A DNA stretch of 64,000 nt from Amoebophrya sp. A120. Its lineage: Eukaryota; Protista; Dinoflagellata. The translations under genes were made by a program, and so were the position numbers. Location of the stretch: positions 62,001-126,000 of the forward strand of contig CAJINV010000009.1 in the NCBI GenBank assembly GCA_905178155.1, read 5' to 3'. The notes under the pieces are model-generated. The model did no database searches, had not been told where the DNA came from, and saw nothing but the letters and a program-made list of their open reading frames with translations. Positions 35,454-48,496 of the stretch are shown in pieces. Position 1 is the first letter of the stretch. The number at the start of each line of letters is the position of its first letter.

Positions 35454-37548
35454 ATGCACCCGAACTATCCGCACCTTACCGCGCCTGCGCAGCTGCAGTC
35501 AGCAGCGGGCTACGCGACGATACAAAAGAGATTGCCCAACCCGGTGATCGTGGCCAATGAAGCGATCGGCTACGTCAGCATGTGTATTGATTTCTTTTTT
35601 TTCGCGGACTTGGTTGCCTGTCGTGAAACTAACTATGCGATGCGATGAACTAACATCAATGTGATGCAAACAAATTTTTGAAATTTATCGCAAAGTTGTT
35701 GAAATTGTCATTCAGGCAACGACACGAGATGGCGATCCTACTCGCAGGAGGACTTGATAAATCGCGTGAAGGAAAACCGGCAGAAGTTCATCGGCAAGGA
35801 ATTTACCGTCGGCTTCACCGGGGGGAAACTCCAGGGTAAGAAGATTCAGGTGTGCGGGATGGACCAGACGAAATTTCATTGTGAGGTCGTCTCGGATTCC
35901 TCCAGCTCAGAATCGGGCAACATGCAAAACCGAAATAACTTCATGAGCTTCACGCCGTCCAGTCGCGTCTCAGGGCCCAATATGTACTCCAGCCCGCAGC
36001 AGGACGCGGTACAAAAATTTTTGCTTTGAAGAGTCGTACGGTTTACCGAGATGGCTTTTCTGCAACTTCCTCTTTCAAGATCTGAAAAAAAGTCTTTTAT
36101 TCGGCCGAAATTTTCATTTAACAGAAATACAACATGCCGTCTCCATCCGTTGATGAGTATTACATGGGCGGCTCAAGTAGCAGTTCAGCGAACGGGGAGA
36201 GCAACAAGTCCAGATCGCCGAAGCGACTTTCGATGGCACAGAGGCAAATGCAGGTATAGTAGCGGAAAATTTGTTCTGCTGTACCATGCGGATAGAGGTA
36301 AATTCATCGATCAAACATTTCACACGATCAAAACAAAGATGCGTGATTATCAACAAGCAAAAACCACTATCAAGGTAAACGACCGCGGCAACGCGACGCA
36401 CTCCACTACTGCTGGGGAATCCTCTGGCTTGGAAAGTGGCGTCGAAGTGGTGAAGCTGCAAATAGGAAACTTAGTTCCAGTCGGCTCCGCGCACGCGGCT
36501 CACGAAGTACTTGTGTTTTGTGATGCGTGAATGCCACATCTTGAAGATGCTGCGTCCTCTGTCACGGACTCCCTAATTTTGCAATCGGAAAAAAAAAACA
36601 TAATCGACATCACCCCAGGCCGCCCAGCTTGCCCGTGCGTTTCCCGGTCCCTACGACATGCAGCAGGTGCGATCGAGTTCCTGGAATGGAAACTTGACTT
36701 TCGAGCGCGTGGAGCGAAAAGTCCAACAGGCGATCTTTTTCTTCAAAGGCCAGCCCCCGGTCGGGGCGAAGGACCAGACGATCTTTAACCGGGAGTTGTT
36801 TCAGTCCTTGAACGCACGCTACAGAACCGACGAGCTGCACCGACTGGACATTCTCGAAATCCTGCTCAAGGCGAAGAAGGTCAGTTTCTTCCAAGTCCAG
36901 TGCAAAGAGCTGTGTCTCTGGGAGGACGAGGAAAAGAACATCCAGCTTGACAAGGTGAACATTGAAACCAACACGAAGAGGTTGCGGATCAAGAACATGG
37001 ACGCCGCAAGGCACAAGCACAAGATGAAAGGTAGATCATGCTGCATTGATGTAGTTCTCATCGGTTGTAGAAGATGGATCTTTTTTTTAAAAACAATGTT
37101 GATGTTTTTGCGCACCTTTGAAATGCATGATGCCAGCATGACGCAAGCTAGATTCCATTTTTACAATACAGAGCAAAACGTGATGTACGGGATGGCGCTC
37201 CAGGCGGTCCGACCGGCCTGTGTTGGTAATGGTTTAGTCAACTTCGCGCAGTTCGACTATGGGTTGACGCGCGACGCAAAGTTTGAGAACCAGATCTACA
37301 CGCGCTTTGTCAAGTTCGTCAAATACGGAATGTGCGAAAGGTGTCAGCACTACTACCTCGAGCGCGGTTCCCAGCAGCAAGCTCAACAGCAGCAACAGGC
37401 GAGCGCCGGAAATCCGGTGGCGCAACAGCAACGACCCAGCTTCAACCTAGCCGCGACCAACGCCCGTCCGAGCGTCCAACTGTTCCAGAACTACCAAGGG
37501 AGCAGTGCTGCGAACTCGGGAAAATTCGTTGCGAGAAACGAATTCTGA
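35454..37548 (+). CDS. Hypothetical protein, 6 exons
   Basis: GT-AG introns at ~35584-35715, 36009-36124, ~36254-36373, ~36508-36618 and ~37031-37171 link the ORF pieces in one frame, ending in a Q-rich tail. No domain recognised. Confidence 0.65.
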
Positions 37549-39041
37549 GCTGTTGCAGCTGCTGAGGGGAGGGAGTGACACAGACACTTTTTTAAATGCT
37601 GATCGCTAGTGGTCTGCACAGATAGCATTAGCACCGAGGCTGTGTGGCTTTACCGAGTAAAGCTTGCGGCTTGAGAGGCTATTGACGTTGTTTACTTGTT
37701 TGAATTTTATCACATTTTTTTCAGTTTATCAGTTTCAGGGTATTGCAACTTTCAACTTTAGTTTTCATCTTCAGAACAGCAAAAATTACGTCTTTAGTTC
37801 GATTGTGGGATGGAGAACTGAACTACTGACAGAAAGGGGAGCAGATTCGTATGCGTACTAATTACATCGAGGCGATTGGAGAAGTATTTACGAACTCTGA
37901 TTTGACTTTGATTCACGCACGTATCGTATGGTTTTTATCTGATTTTACACTTTCGATCCGTTTCTTGTTGATTATCTTCTTTGTGACATCCTTGTTTCAG
38001 GTTTCCTATGCTTGATTTTGCGTATACACTTTCATTTTTTTTGTATTCCAGGTTTCAATTGCATTGCGATATCTTCATCTTCAGCAGGATTACAATGCAC
38101 TTTGTGCATAGCTTTCCTAGAAATCAACTTGCAATTAAAAGCAAAACTTAACTTTCTGAACAACTACCCGGGCAGTTCTGTCCTGCCACCACTTGACTTT
38201 TTTTGCAACTCATTCTATTCAGCTACTAGCTACCGTGACGACGCGTACCGTCAGAAGCTGAGTAAGAAAAAATGCTCCTTTCGACCGCGACCGCTTTTTC
38301 TGACTAACGTACAACGCGAATGAACTTTACGTTTCAATGGTAGAATGAACGCAAAGAAATACTAAAACAACTGTACACAAAAAAAAGTTAAGCAAGCTTT
38401 CTAAATCAAGTATGACTGTATCAAATTTTTGGCCCCGCGGTCGTTGCAGTTCAAGGCTGCAATGGCTATCGGGCGCGCTTGTTTCGGTTTCCTGTACCAA
38501 TTCCATTTAACCACGACTGTACAAATTATTTATCAGAAATTCGTCTGTTTCAACTTCAAGTAATCACAATGGGAAGCAGCTGCAGTCTCTCTGAGAACGC
38601 AGTTGGAGATCACATTGAACACGAAAACGACGACCAGCTGAACACTGTAAACCTAGTTCGAACGATTGAAGCTGGAATATCGATTCTTGAATAATTGTTG
38701 TAAATTCAGTGGGCAGGAGCCTTGCAGTTGCTACGGGAGTGGAGCACGAAGAAAAAAACTTGACTCAATAACAAGGACGCAAACGCATCCATCGGCTGGT
38801 GCGCCGCATAGCACCCTTGAAACGTGTTCCCGCGTAGCATACCCCTCCGCGCCGCCGTTGTTTGAAATGCGGAAGCAAAAAAAATGGGGGAAGGTTGTAA
38901 TTTTTTCGAGCTGATCAAGATCAGGTTCAGGACTGCCGGCAAAGATCTTTTGACTCGATCATCGTGTTGTCGGTCTTCGAACGAAGTTCTAAAAAAGTTC
39001 ATTCGCTGCGACAAGGCACCTTATAGCCCCCGCACAAAATC

Positions 39042-40288
39042 ATGTTCCGCGCCTCACTTCCCCTGCAGGCGCGGACCGGGCAGCGGAAGCGGTCGAGCTT
39101 TCACCTGTGGAAGAGACGGACCAATGCCGCACGGGTGCTGCAGTCGTTTCACACGACGGACGATATCGACCCGTTCAGCAAGTACCAGTGGATTGCGCAC
39201 CCCTTCCAAAAATGGAACATGCCCTCCACGGCGCCGGACGCCCGACCCCACGTCAGTCTTAAAGCCATCTCCCACTACGACGAGACGAAGGGATGGTTTC
39301 ACATCATAGACTGCAAGGGGTGGGGCGTCGGAAGACTTGGTATAGACGATGGCATTGTGGATGGAGCTGCTTTTCTAGGTGGTTGTTGAAGTTAAGATTG
39401 CGATCATTAAAAGTGCTTAGCTGAAGGTTTTCTGTTGCTAGAAATTCAACTGGAATCAATCAAGCTCCTCATCAATCCTATCAGGAACCAGAGTCGCGTC
39501 TCTGCTCCTTGGCAAGCACCGTTGCGACCGCAAAAAGCGAGCAATGCACGGCGATTCGGTGATTCTTGTAAACGCCATCCATGTCACTTTTCCTGGTCAC
39601 ACGTGGGACACCAAAATGTACAAGTTCTACAAGACGCACCGCTGGCTGGACCCAAGAGGGGCGAAAATCATCACGGCGAAGCGGTTGTTTTTCTTGAACC
39701 CGAGCATGATTATGAATCTCTGTGTGAAACGGATGCTGCGAAGTAATTTCTTGCGCAACCCAATGTATCGGAGGCTGATGGTCTACCCAGGAGCTATTCA
39801 CCCACACTGGAACATACCACAAGTCGTCGTGCCAGTCCGGAAAGGAGAGGCGATGGGCGCTGTTGCACGTACTAGCTTGATATTTTTTTTCACGTAAAGG
39901 AAAAGTTCAGATGAATACTGCAGTTCCTCCTGCTTTGCTTTTGTAAATGTTGACCATCGCCGATTGTGGTCTGTATTCGCGGTTTTCAAATAACACCCCA
40001 GGTTCCTCCCAAGACGGCGTGATACCCGAGGCCTTTTCCGTTACCATGGAAGAAAGCGCAACCACCAACGTGCTTTTTGCAATCAGAAAGGAGCAGAAGC
40101 TCACATCCGAACAACTCCTCGCCATAGCAAAGAAGGAGGAACTCGCAGTGCCCGACATGGCTGGCGTGGAGGAGAATGAAATATTGCCAAGAGAGTACGC
40201 AACCTCAATGCCTGAGTACAAGAGCGGGAAGAGAAACACTGCGCTTCCCCCCACGTACCACGCCTATCCGAATCTTCGTTCACCGTAG
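39042..40288 (+). CDS. mrpl13: Bacterial-type ribosomal protein uL13, probably mitochondrial; exons 39042-39339, 39485-39868, 40002-40288
   Basis: uL13 motifs HIIDCKGWGVGRLGTRVASLLLGKH, GDSVILVNAIHV, PSMIMNLCVKRMLRSNFLR and RLMVYPGAIHPH. Basic, acid-free N-terminal presequence MFRASLPLQARTGQRKR. Two GT-AG introns. Confidence 0.88.
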
Positions 40289-41119
40289 AAGAGTTCTTGC
40301 GCACAAAGAATACAGCTGGAATGTCAACATCAAGGTTTGCTTTCTACTGCATGTTTTGCAAGAAACGAACGCGTTCTATCCGCTACCATGTGTTTGCAAG
40401 GACAGTCTTGTTTCGCGTGCTGTCTTTGCATAGAGCTTATCTTAAGAATTGAAAGAAGCGAAAAATGGTGCTAATATGGACGGGATGTAATGTCGCGTTT
40501 CGCGTACGCGTTCCAGTTCCACAGAAAGAGAGTCAATTACTTTGACGCTTCATAGGGCTAAACTCATCGGCTATTCGTTTCGTCCATGATCGCAGCTTCC
40601 CTGCGTGGGGCTCTTGCTCATTACGAGTTTCGGTTCGTCTTCACTTTTCGGTGTGTTGTCGTGGTAGAAAAACCCAAACAACATAAGCCATTCTCGGTAC
40701 GGTTGTTCATGCTTTTGATGGTTTCGGTCGTCCTACTCGTCCATTCGACCACTTTGCGCGTCGTGCTGTGTTGGTTTTATGCGTCGTACCATACTGTCGT
40801 CTTTTTGCTTGGTAGAGAGGCATTGCGTCCGTTCCGTAGAGCATATCCACCGACTTCTTCCGGCGATCGCCAAAGCAGGACTCTTCTTTCCCCTAAATGA
40901 ATAAAGTCCCACTTTTTTCTCCACCTACTATACAACTCTAAACGTAAAGAGCGCTTGAACGCACTAACTACGACCGCAAGGACGAGTAACCCAGTTGCTT
41001 TTAACCAATCGATTACTAGTAGTTTTACTGTCAATTTCACGAAAAAGGCTTCCACTGGAGAAACCCATTTTGATCACCTTATTTTGAATTTTCCGCATTG
41101 CTGCACAGATCAGAAAAAA

Positions 41120-42036
41120 ATGCATCACTCGTGGAACAACGGGCAGCGATTGCAGTTTTTCCTGCTTCTCGGCTTCTGTTTGACGGCTTCTCTGGTCGAT
41201 CTGGCTGAGTCGGTAAGAACCGTTTCCGTGATAAAATCACACAGTAGCAGCGCGCACCGAAGGTCTGGGCTGGTACCGAATTCTCAACGAACAGCAGGAG
41301 CCGGCCGTGAAGAGCTGCACACAAATACCCGTACCAGCACGGCGACTACGGACATCCTGGACGAGGACACTGTAGCGAATGATGCCACGGCTGAACTCGA
41401 AACTGCAGGAGAGGCTGTCGGTGCAATGTCCATCATTCAGACAAGCGAGGACGAAAGTCACCGCGCGAACGCGACTATGACTCTGGTGCGGGAAACCAGC
41501 ATTTATGATCTGAACGGCGCGGCAGAGAAAGTCGTCCCGGATCTGGAAAACGCGCAAGACGAATACTTGCGGCTGTTCTGCGGAGGTATACATTGAATTT
41601 TATTTTGTAGTCAATTTGGTGAAACTCAAATTAGTTCCAAGGGAGAGCAGCAGCGGTGGTCAAACTTATTTACTACGGTGACAGCATGCGTTGTTTCTGT
41701 TTGATAGTTCGTTGAGATACGCAATTGAGTCGCAAACTGCTAACTTCTACTTCTCTTTCCAAATCCACAGGTGACTGGATCCGCTCGGGTCTGGACGGAA
41801 AGAACTCGCTTTTTGAGTACCTGCTCGAAGATTCCGGCGCGTGTGCGATCACGCGCAAGACCGGATTGAATTTCGGGCAGGAGTTTGTCAAAGCGGGTAG
41901 CTGCTGTGTGCAGGACTGTCCGACCTTTTGGGTGCCCACAATCACGGAGTTTTCGCTGCATTTAAACGCGGACACGCCCTACTACTTCGCGCCACCATAT
42001 TCCCTGGTGAAGCGCTGCGCACGCCTCGCGGAATGA
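41120..42036 (+). CDS. Small secreted Cys-containing protein; exons 41120-41585, 41771-42036
   Basis: Signal peptide-like LQFFLLLGFCLTASLVDLAES. GT-AG intron 41586-41770 is in frame. Confidence 0.65.
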
Positions 42037-42773
42037 GCGCTTCTGTGTTTCGCGTTTGGCGACACCGGGATAACTGTGCTTTCTGATTCTTGAGGCTGAC
42101 AGTAGACCGCTAAGGAGCTTTTTGACATTACGGAACAGTAAAGAAGTGTCGATTGTTTTAAGTGTACTGAGTGGTCTATTCTGCCCTGTCGTATGCAGAT
42201 CTTTGTTCTTGCGTAGCTTGTAATTCAAGAGTTTTTAGTCCATCCTATCCCTCTATTTTCACTGCCTATTCCACATTCTCCCAATCACAGAATCGTTTTT
42301 TCATCACATGGTAATTTCATTTTACAATAACAGCGAATTATGCAATTATCCCGACCCAATTCAAGAAGTTTTCCTTGCTTTGTTGCATACCTAGAGACGC
42401 TCTCAACTTTTCTCAGTAGCCCCGCCAAATTCAGAACCCCAACGAAAAACACTGGAATGCAATATAAAGCGTCATAAAAACAGAGAAGACCGTCCGAGCA
42501 CGACCCCCCTGAACAAATTTGGAAATAACATTCAACAGACAAGAACAAGATTTTTGACCGAGCGACAATATGAATATGGCTGTTCTTCTCTTCATCCTTA
42601 CCCTATGTCAAGTTTTTAATCATCCTTGCGACCGAGAGAGAGAGAGTTGTTTTTTCCACTTCTGACACTGTCTGCGAAACCACTTTCACTTCAACGACAC
42701 GCGCAACGCAAAGTGAGCTGAGTGGTACGGTGGAGGCATCGAGAGTGAGAGAAACTTCTAAAAAGTGGCCAAG

Positions 42774-45773
42774 ATGCGCTTAACATTTCTCTTTCTGCTC
42801 AAGTTTTGGCCCCTACAAAACTTGAGTAATAATGCGTTCTTCACGGCTACCGCCCTGCGGCTGCGGAAAAACAGCATCAAGGCAACGGCGTTGGGGCACA
42901 ATGCAAAGAGCAAGGCCCAAACGTGCTCTACTTCCTCTTCCACCGGCCACGCGGATAGCAAATCCCTCGGCCCTTACGACCTGGATACGCACTACCGGGG
43001 CTGCTACCAATTCAAAAACGCCAAGGAGTACAGCTCCCGGCAGGTGCTCTACCGAGCCGCAAATGGAAAATTTTCCGTCAAGGACTGCGCGGCGCAGTGC
43101 GAGGCCGACGTGTCCATGGCGAGTTATGCCATCCTGTCGGAGGCGGGGGACATTTGCGAGTGCGTCGAGGACTTGTCCACCGATTCGAGCTCCTACCACA
43201 TCGGGAGCAAGAAGGATTGCGACAGCAAGTGCATTCCGGACCAGAGTGAGTGCGGTAGCTACGACGGGGAATTCAAATCCGTCTATTGGTGGAGTCGGTG
43301 CACGAAGCCGGGGCACGAAAAGCAGTCCGCGGCGCTGAATCGCTGCAAGTGCGCGCACGGGAAGCCGAACGTCGGGGCGAAGTGTTTGGAGGACCACGCG
43401 CACAGCTGCGAAAGCTGCGCTGTCGGGTACACGCTGGATGGGGAAACGTGCCATGCGAACCGCTGCGAGTGTCCCCACGGCGACGCCTTCAGCGGCGAAC
43501 AGTGCCCGAAGGACGGGGACGTGAACTGCAAAGAGTGCTTTCCCGGGTATCATCTCAACACCACAGGTGGGGGTGCCGTGCCGAGCGGCAGCGACATTCC
43601 GAGTGCGGTCACATTTCTTGCGCAGGTGAACGGGGGAAGAAAGAATCACTGGTTTTTCGCCAAGAACCAAGACAGAAAAAATGCCACTCTCCCGATCGCG
43701 ATGCTGCCTCAGCAGACGTGCGAAATCAATGTTTGCCAGTGCCCGGGCGGCGCGGGCAACACTCCGGCGACCGGCGAGGACTGCCCGACGCACAACACGG
43801 TGAAATGCTCCAACTGCACCGAGCCAGGCTTCTTTATGAACAAGATGCGTCATGTCTGCGAGAAGAAAAAATGCGTGTGCGACCTGACGACCGGCGTAGC
43901 CGCCACGGGGGTGGATTGCCCGGCGCCCTTTGCGCACGTGTGCAAGTCGTGCAACCCGGGGTATCATCTGGACGGAAACGTATGCGAGAAAAATGTTTGC
44001 AACTGTCCGCACGGAAAACACGCGGAGGGGGCGGACTGCGAACAGGATGGGATGCTGAAATGCATGGAATGCGAAGAGGGATTTGACAAATTGCCGGACG
44101 GGACCTGTGGGCCGAAAGTGTACTGCAGATTGGTTTACTCATTGCTTTGATGTTGCTGTCATGTAGTGCATAACGTTTACTCAATATTTTTTGAGTCTCT
44201 TTGCCGGTCACCGTCTTTCGGCAATTTTTTTCTGCTCTCAACCTCACAGTTGCCACTGCCCCGCGCACGGGGACCCGGCAATCGGCGCTGCTTGTCCGGC
44301 CAACAACACCGCGGCCTGCGGGGTTTGCGACTACCACTTCCAGCTGAACCCCGACACGAAGCTGTGCGATACCTTTTCGCCGAAATACCTCGGCTGCTTC
44401 GAGGACGACGACAACCGGGATTTGCCCGTGCTAATGGCACCCACCGTGCACAATGGCAACGACCGCATGCCCGCCACGCCGGAGTCTTGCGACCTCTGGT
44501 GCCACAATTACAAGTATTTCGCGGTGCAGGGGGGCCACGAGTGCTGGTGCGGCAACGAGATGCCGGCGCGGAAGAAACCTGACGCAGATTGCAAACGGTG
44601 CGAGCACAAGGAAGCCTTGGGGAGTATGAAAACTGCGGAAAATCTGTATTGCGGCGGCGGCTGGAGGAACAGCGTCTACGAGCACGAGCTGGGCGCGGAC
44701 GTGCAGTACGTGGGGTGTTACGAGGACAAGGGGGACCGCGCCATGTTGCCGTTTTTCGCGGACAAACCGTACACGCGGGACATGTGTTTGGAGAAGTGTT
44801 ATCGTAAGGAAAAATCCCCCCTCCCCATATTGAAAACGTATCCGTCTGAAAATTTGTGATGCGCATTTGTGACCTCAAATCCTGTCTGTCTTGCAAGAAG
44901 GCAAGTCTAGAGAGCGCCCCGCATTTTGCAGGCGGTTTGTGATGCTGCTGGGCTTAAAGCATACACGTTTTTCATGCTAGGCGCCTACGTCAAAACCCCT
45001 CGACTGAGGCTTGACATACGCCGGCAGTCCTCTATTGCAAGACAAACCTGATTTGTGTACGGAAATCCAGCATCAGAAACTTCGTTTCGATATGGGGAGG
45101 GGGGATTTTTCCTCACGATAAGTGTTTGCACGAGACCTCTGCCGATTCTGCCTTCGGCTCCGCCTCCCTGTACTTCGCGATCCAGAACGGGGCCGAGTGT
45201 GCGTGCGGCGACGGCTACGATAGGTACGGCGTGAAGCCGGATAACGACTGCAAGACGACGCAGTGCGCCGCGGGCCTCGGTGGCCGTCGGGATAGAAGTA
45301 GCTGTGGCGGCGGGTGGCGGAATTCCGTGTACCGGTACGTGGGGAACACGTATGACAGGGGGGAATCCGGGAGCGCGCGGACCGCCAGCTACAAGTCCGT
45401 TGACGGGGTGTCTTACCACTTCGGCACGAACTACGGGAAGACCGGCCAGTGCCCGAGTGGGTCGAATCTGGCGACGGTGGAGACGCCGAAGCAAATGCGG
45501 TTCATCTACCAGCTCATGGGGAACGTGCAGCACGGGGTAGTGCTGGGCTATACCGACGCGGTGAACGATGGCGAGTGGGTGTATGCGGATGATCACACGC
45601 CAGTCCTCCCCGCACCCCACGGACCCCTAGCCTGGCACGTGAATGAGCCAAATAATTGGGGCGGGAACGAAGACTGTGCGATCCTCCTTGGATTCGGAAA
45701 GTTCAACGACGTGCCATGCGACATTCTGTCCAAGGGAAACGCGTTCTTTGTGTGCAGCAAGCGAGACTACTGA
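42774..45773 (+). CDS. Secreted multi-domain lectin-like protein: WSC, Cys-rich (EGF/furin-like) repeats, two further WSC domains, C-type lectin; exons 42774-44119, 44250-44799, 45126-45773
   Basis: WSC motifs YLGCFED...CDLWC...YFAVQGGHECWCG and YVGCYED...YFAIQNGAECACG. Repeats C-x-C-PHG-x4-G-x2-C. CTL motif WHVNEPNNWGGNEDC...FNDVPC. One GT-AG intron plus one introner. Confidence 0.85.
44800..45120. mobile_element. Introner element, TIR family C
   Basis: TATCGTAAGGAAAAATCCCCCCTCCCCATATTGAAA / TTTCGATATGGGGAGGGGGGATTTTTCCTCACGATA. Direct repeat AGTGT at 44795-44799 and 45121-45125. Excision gives CLEKC|LHETSADS inside a WSC domain. Internally similar to the 12179 copy. Confidence 0.93.
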
Positions 45774-46320
45774 GGAAAGGGACGAGAAGGCATGCGCATG
45801 TTCGTTTGTTCTTGCAAATAAGTATTTTTTCTTTTCCCGCTCAGCATTTTTCCAAGTGTTTCTTTGCGCTGAGGTGAAGGTTGACGCCTTCGTGACTCAT
45901 GACGAACATTGCACATGCAAGGTACTGCAGATGTAGTTGAGGCTGTAGACATAACAAAGGCTCTACTGGGTCTAGTTTTCTTTTCCGCTCATCATGAGAC
46001 AACGCAGCGCTCGCCACGAGACAAAGGCAAAAAGCGGTACGAATCTTTTTTGCAGTGTCGTGTTCAGTGATCTCAGAAAAAGCAGTTCAGGCGCATTACA
46101 AGTCTCGTTTTGGATTGTTCAGCTGCGGATTTATTTTGCGTCAATTTTTGCGCAAAACTATTGATCATTGTGTATGCCACATAAGACAAGATCCGGTTTC
46201 GAAATTCACCACTCTTCACCCAACGTCTTCAGTTTCACCAAGTCTTCCTTCGCACCAAGCTTCGTGTAAGAATCCTCCACGTGTTGTCACCGACCACAAC
46301 CCGCACAAGACACTCCAAAA

Positions 46321-47553
46321 ATGGCTCCGGTCGTTTCCAAAATCGTGGCGGCTTGCACCGTCGCCTCTGTCTCTGGAGTCCATGTGAAATCCCAAACGAA
46401 CGCGGTGGGGGCGCATGACTACATTGTCAACAACTTGAAATTCTCGACGACCCTCCGCGTCTGCAACGCCTATCCGTTCGCGAAGTCGACGCAAGTTTTT
46501 GATCAGAGCCTGGACTACAAAACCTGTGGGGAGATCCAGACCAACCTGCAGCAGGGCCAGCAGATTGACTTTTTCGCAGAAGAGAAGAAAGTTTTGTTGG
46601 GTACTATCTCTACAACAGGATGCTTTTCTTGCATGTGCTCGCAAATCAATTCGTACAGCGCCGCAGAATGTGATGATAAATAAATCAAGCGCCACCCTAT
46701 GGCGCCCGATGCTAACACGCTACTGCAGTGGTTCTTGTTGCTTGATGCGCTGCTAGTGGGCCAGGAGTGAAGAAGACCCTTAAGCTCCTGATGCAGGTGC
46801 AAAATTTTTGAAACTTGTTCAGAACAATCATGCTCACGAGAGCAGCACACAAGAAGTCGATCGGTCATGCAAAAAATAAAAGTAAAAGTAAAACAAAAAC
46901 ACCAGGTTCTTTTGAAGTGCAGGACACTCCGCGGGAGGACTCCACGTTGCTGCTGGTTCTCCAGCCCCTGGATGCGGAGTCGACGGGGGTGCGATTCCAG
47001 TCCCACGCGTTTGCAAACTCGGCCGAGGCCCAGGTCGCGTTGTTGGACGCTTTTGTCGGCTCCAAAGCCAAGAAATCCGACCTGATCGACATCCGCGACT
47101 CCTACGGTGTGCAGCCGCGGGACGAGAAACTGCGCTTGAACTCGGTCGTGGGCTTGAACACTGGTAAAAGATTTGATTTGATGGAAGCAACAGTTTGTTG
47201 CAGTTTTCTCAGCATGTGAGGGTTCATCTGTACAGCCCAAGACCTTCTATTCCAAGAGACCATGACGCACTTTTGCAACTGCAAGTACTAAATCAGTCAT
47301 ATAATTAAAGTATCAAAATGCATGTTTATGTTAATGCAACACAGGCTACTACCAAGTCCAGAGCACGACTTCCGGGAGCAACAAGCACGACGGTGCGAAG
47401 AAGTCGCTGCATGCGTTGGAGGGGGAAAAGATTTCCATCATCCGTGTCGGCGTCGCAGGGAACAAGGATTTGCCGGAGGACTTGATCGTCTTCCCGGACA
47501 GCAACCAGAGCATCTTCTCCGGCTTGGTCAACTGGGTGTCGGGCTGGATCTAG
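46321..47553 (+). CDS. Secreted beta-rich hypothetical protein (LRVCNAYP motif); exons 46321-46600, 46906-47163, 47345-47553
   Basis: Signal peptide-like N-terminus. Two in-frame GT-AG introns. The motifs LRVCNAYP, LLLVL..D and F.SH.F recall a dinoflagellate uncharacterised family (from memory, unverified). Confidence 0.7.
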
Positions 47554-48496
47554 GACGGTTCACGATCATCCGGGAGGCAGGGGGAGAGTCTCTGGACGTG
47601 CTTGGAGGCAGAAGGAAGTACAAGAGGTCAGCGGCGAGACTTCTTCTAATTATTTTTTCCATGGTTGGTTGGAGAACCAAAAGCAAAAGCTTTAGCATGA
47701 CTCGATATATTTCGTTGAAATATAGTAAAGTAGCATTATTGGCAGGTTTCGTATGTTTCAGATCATGTGTATGTAGATTTTCCTTTTTTCCAAGATAACC
47801 GAAAAAGAAAACCTTCTCGTCGTCCTGCGCAATTTCTCGAATTGATCGTACTCAATCAAGCAGCAGACCTTTTCCGTTCAGAAACCTGAAGCTGCCAGAA
47901 ATTGGCTGCAGGGAAGATGCCGAAGTCGTGCGTTCTTTTCTACTTCATGGCAACAACGTCCTATCGTCCATGTCCGTGCCAGCCGGATCATGCTGAAGGA
48001 ACGTTTTCGTGCACAGTAAAATGTATGTAATCCAATGCTCCCGCAAGGAATTAGACTTTTTGAGAGATTCATTGATGCATCCGTCTGTTTCTTTCTCACG
48101 TTCCACGTCGTCTCTAGTCCAATACTTGATGTTGAACTGCTTTCTTTCTCAGGACCCAATAACCATGAAGAAACTTCGACCTTCTTATTGTTTTGCACAT
48201 TCACCCGTTGTCGTTTTTCATTTGAGTTCTAGAGTCGGAGCTACCGGTTGAGATGCGTGCTTTGCCGCATTCTCAAATAGGAAGATATGATGTAAAATTT
48301 TCCTTCGAAGAGCAAGTAGAAAAAGTAGGGCAGGCTGCTCCGTACTGACCGTGGCGGCGCTACCGAAAAAAGCGCACCACGCCGCTCCTGGTGAGCGCGT
48401 TCTAGTCGATTGAGGCGTAATACCGTTTGTTGTGCCTCTGCTTCTCTCGTCGTCCTCGCGCACGGAACTACCCCCCGGAGTAGAACACGCGCCAAG

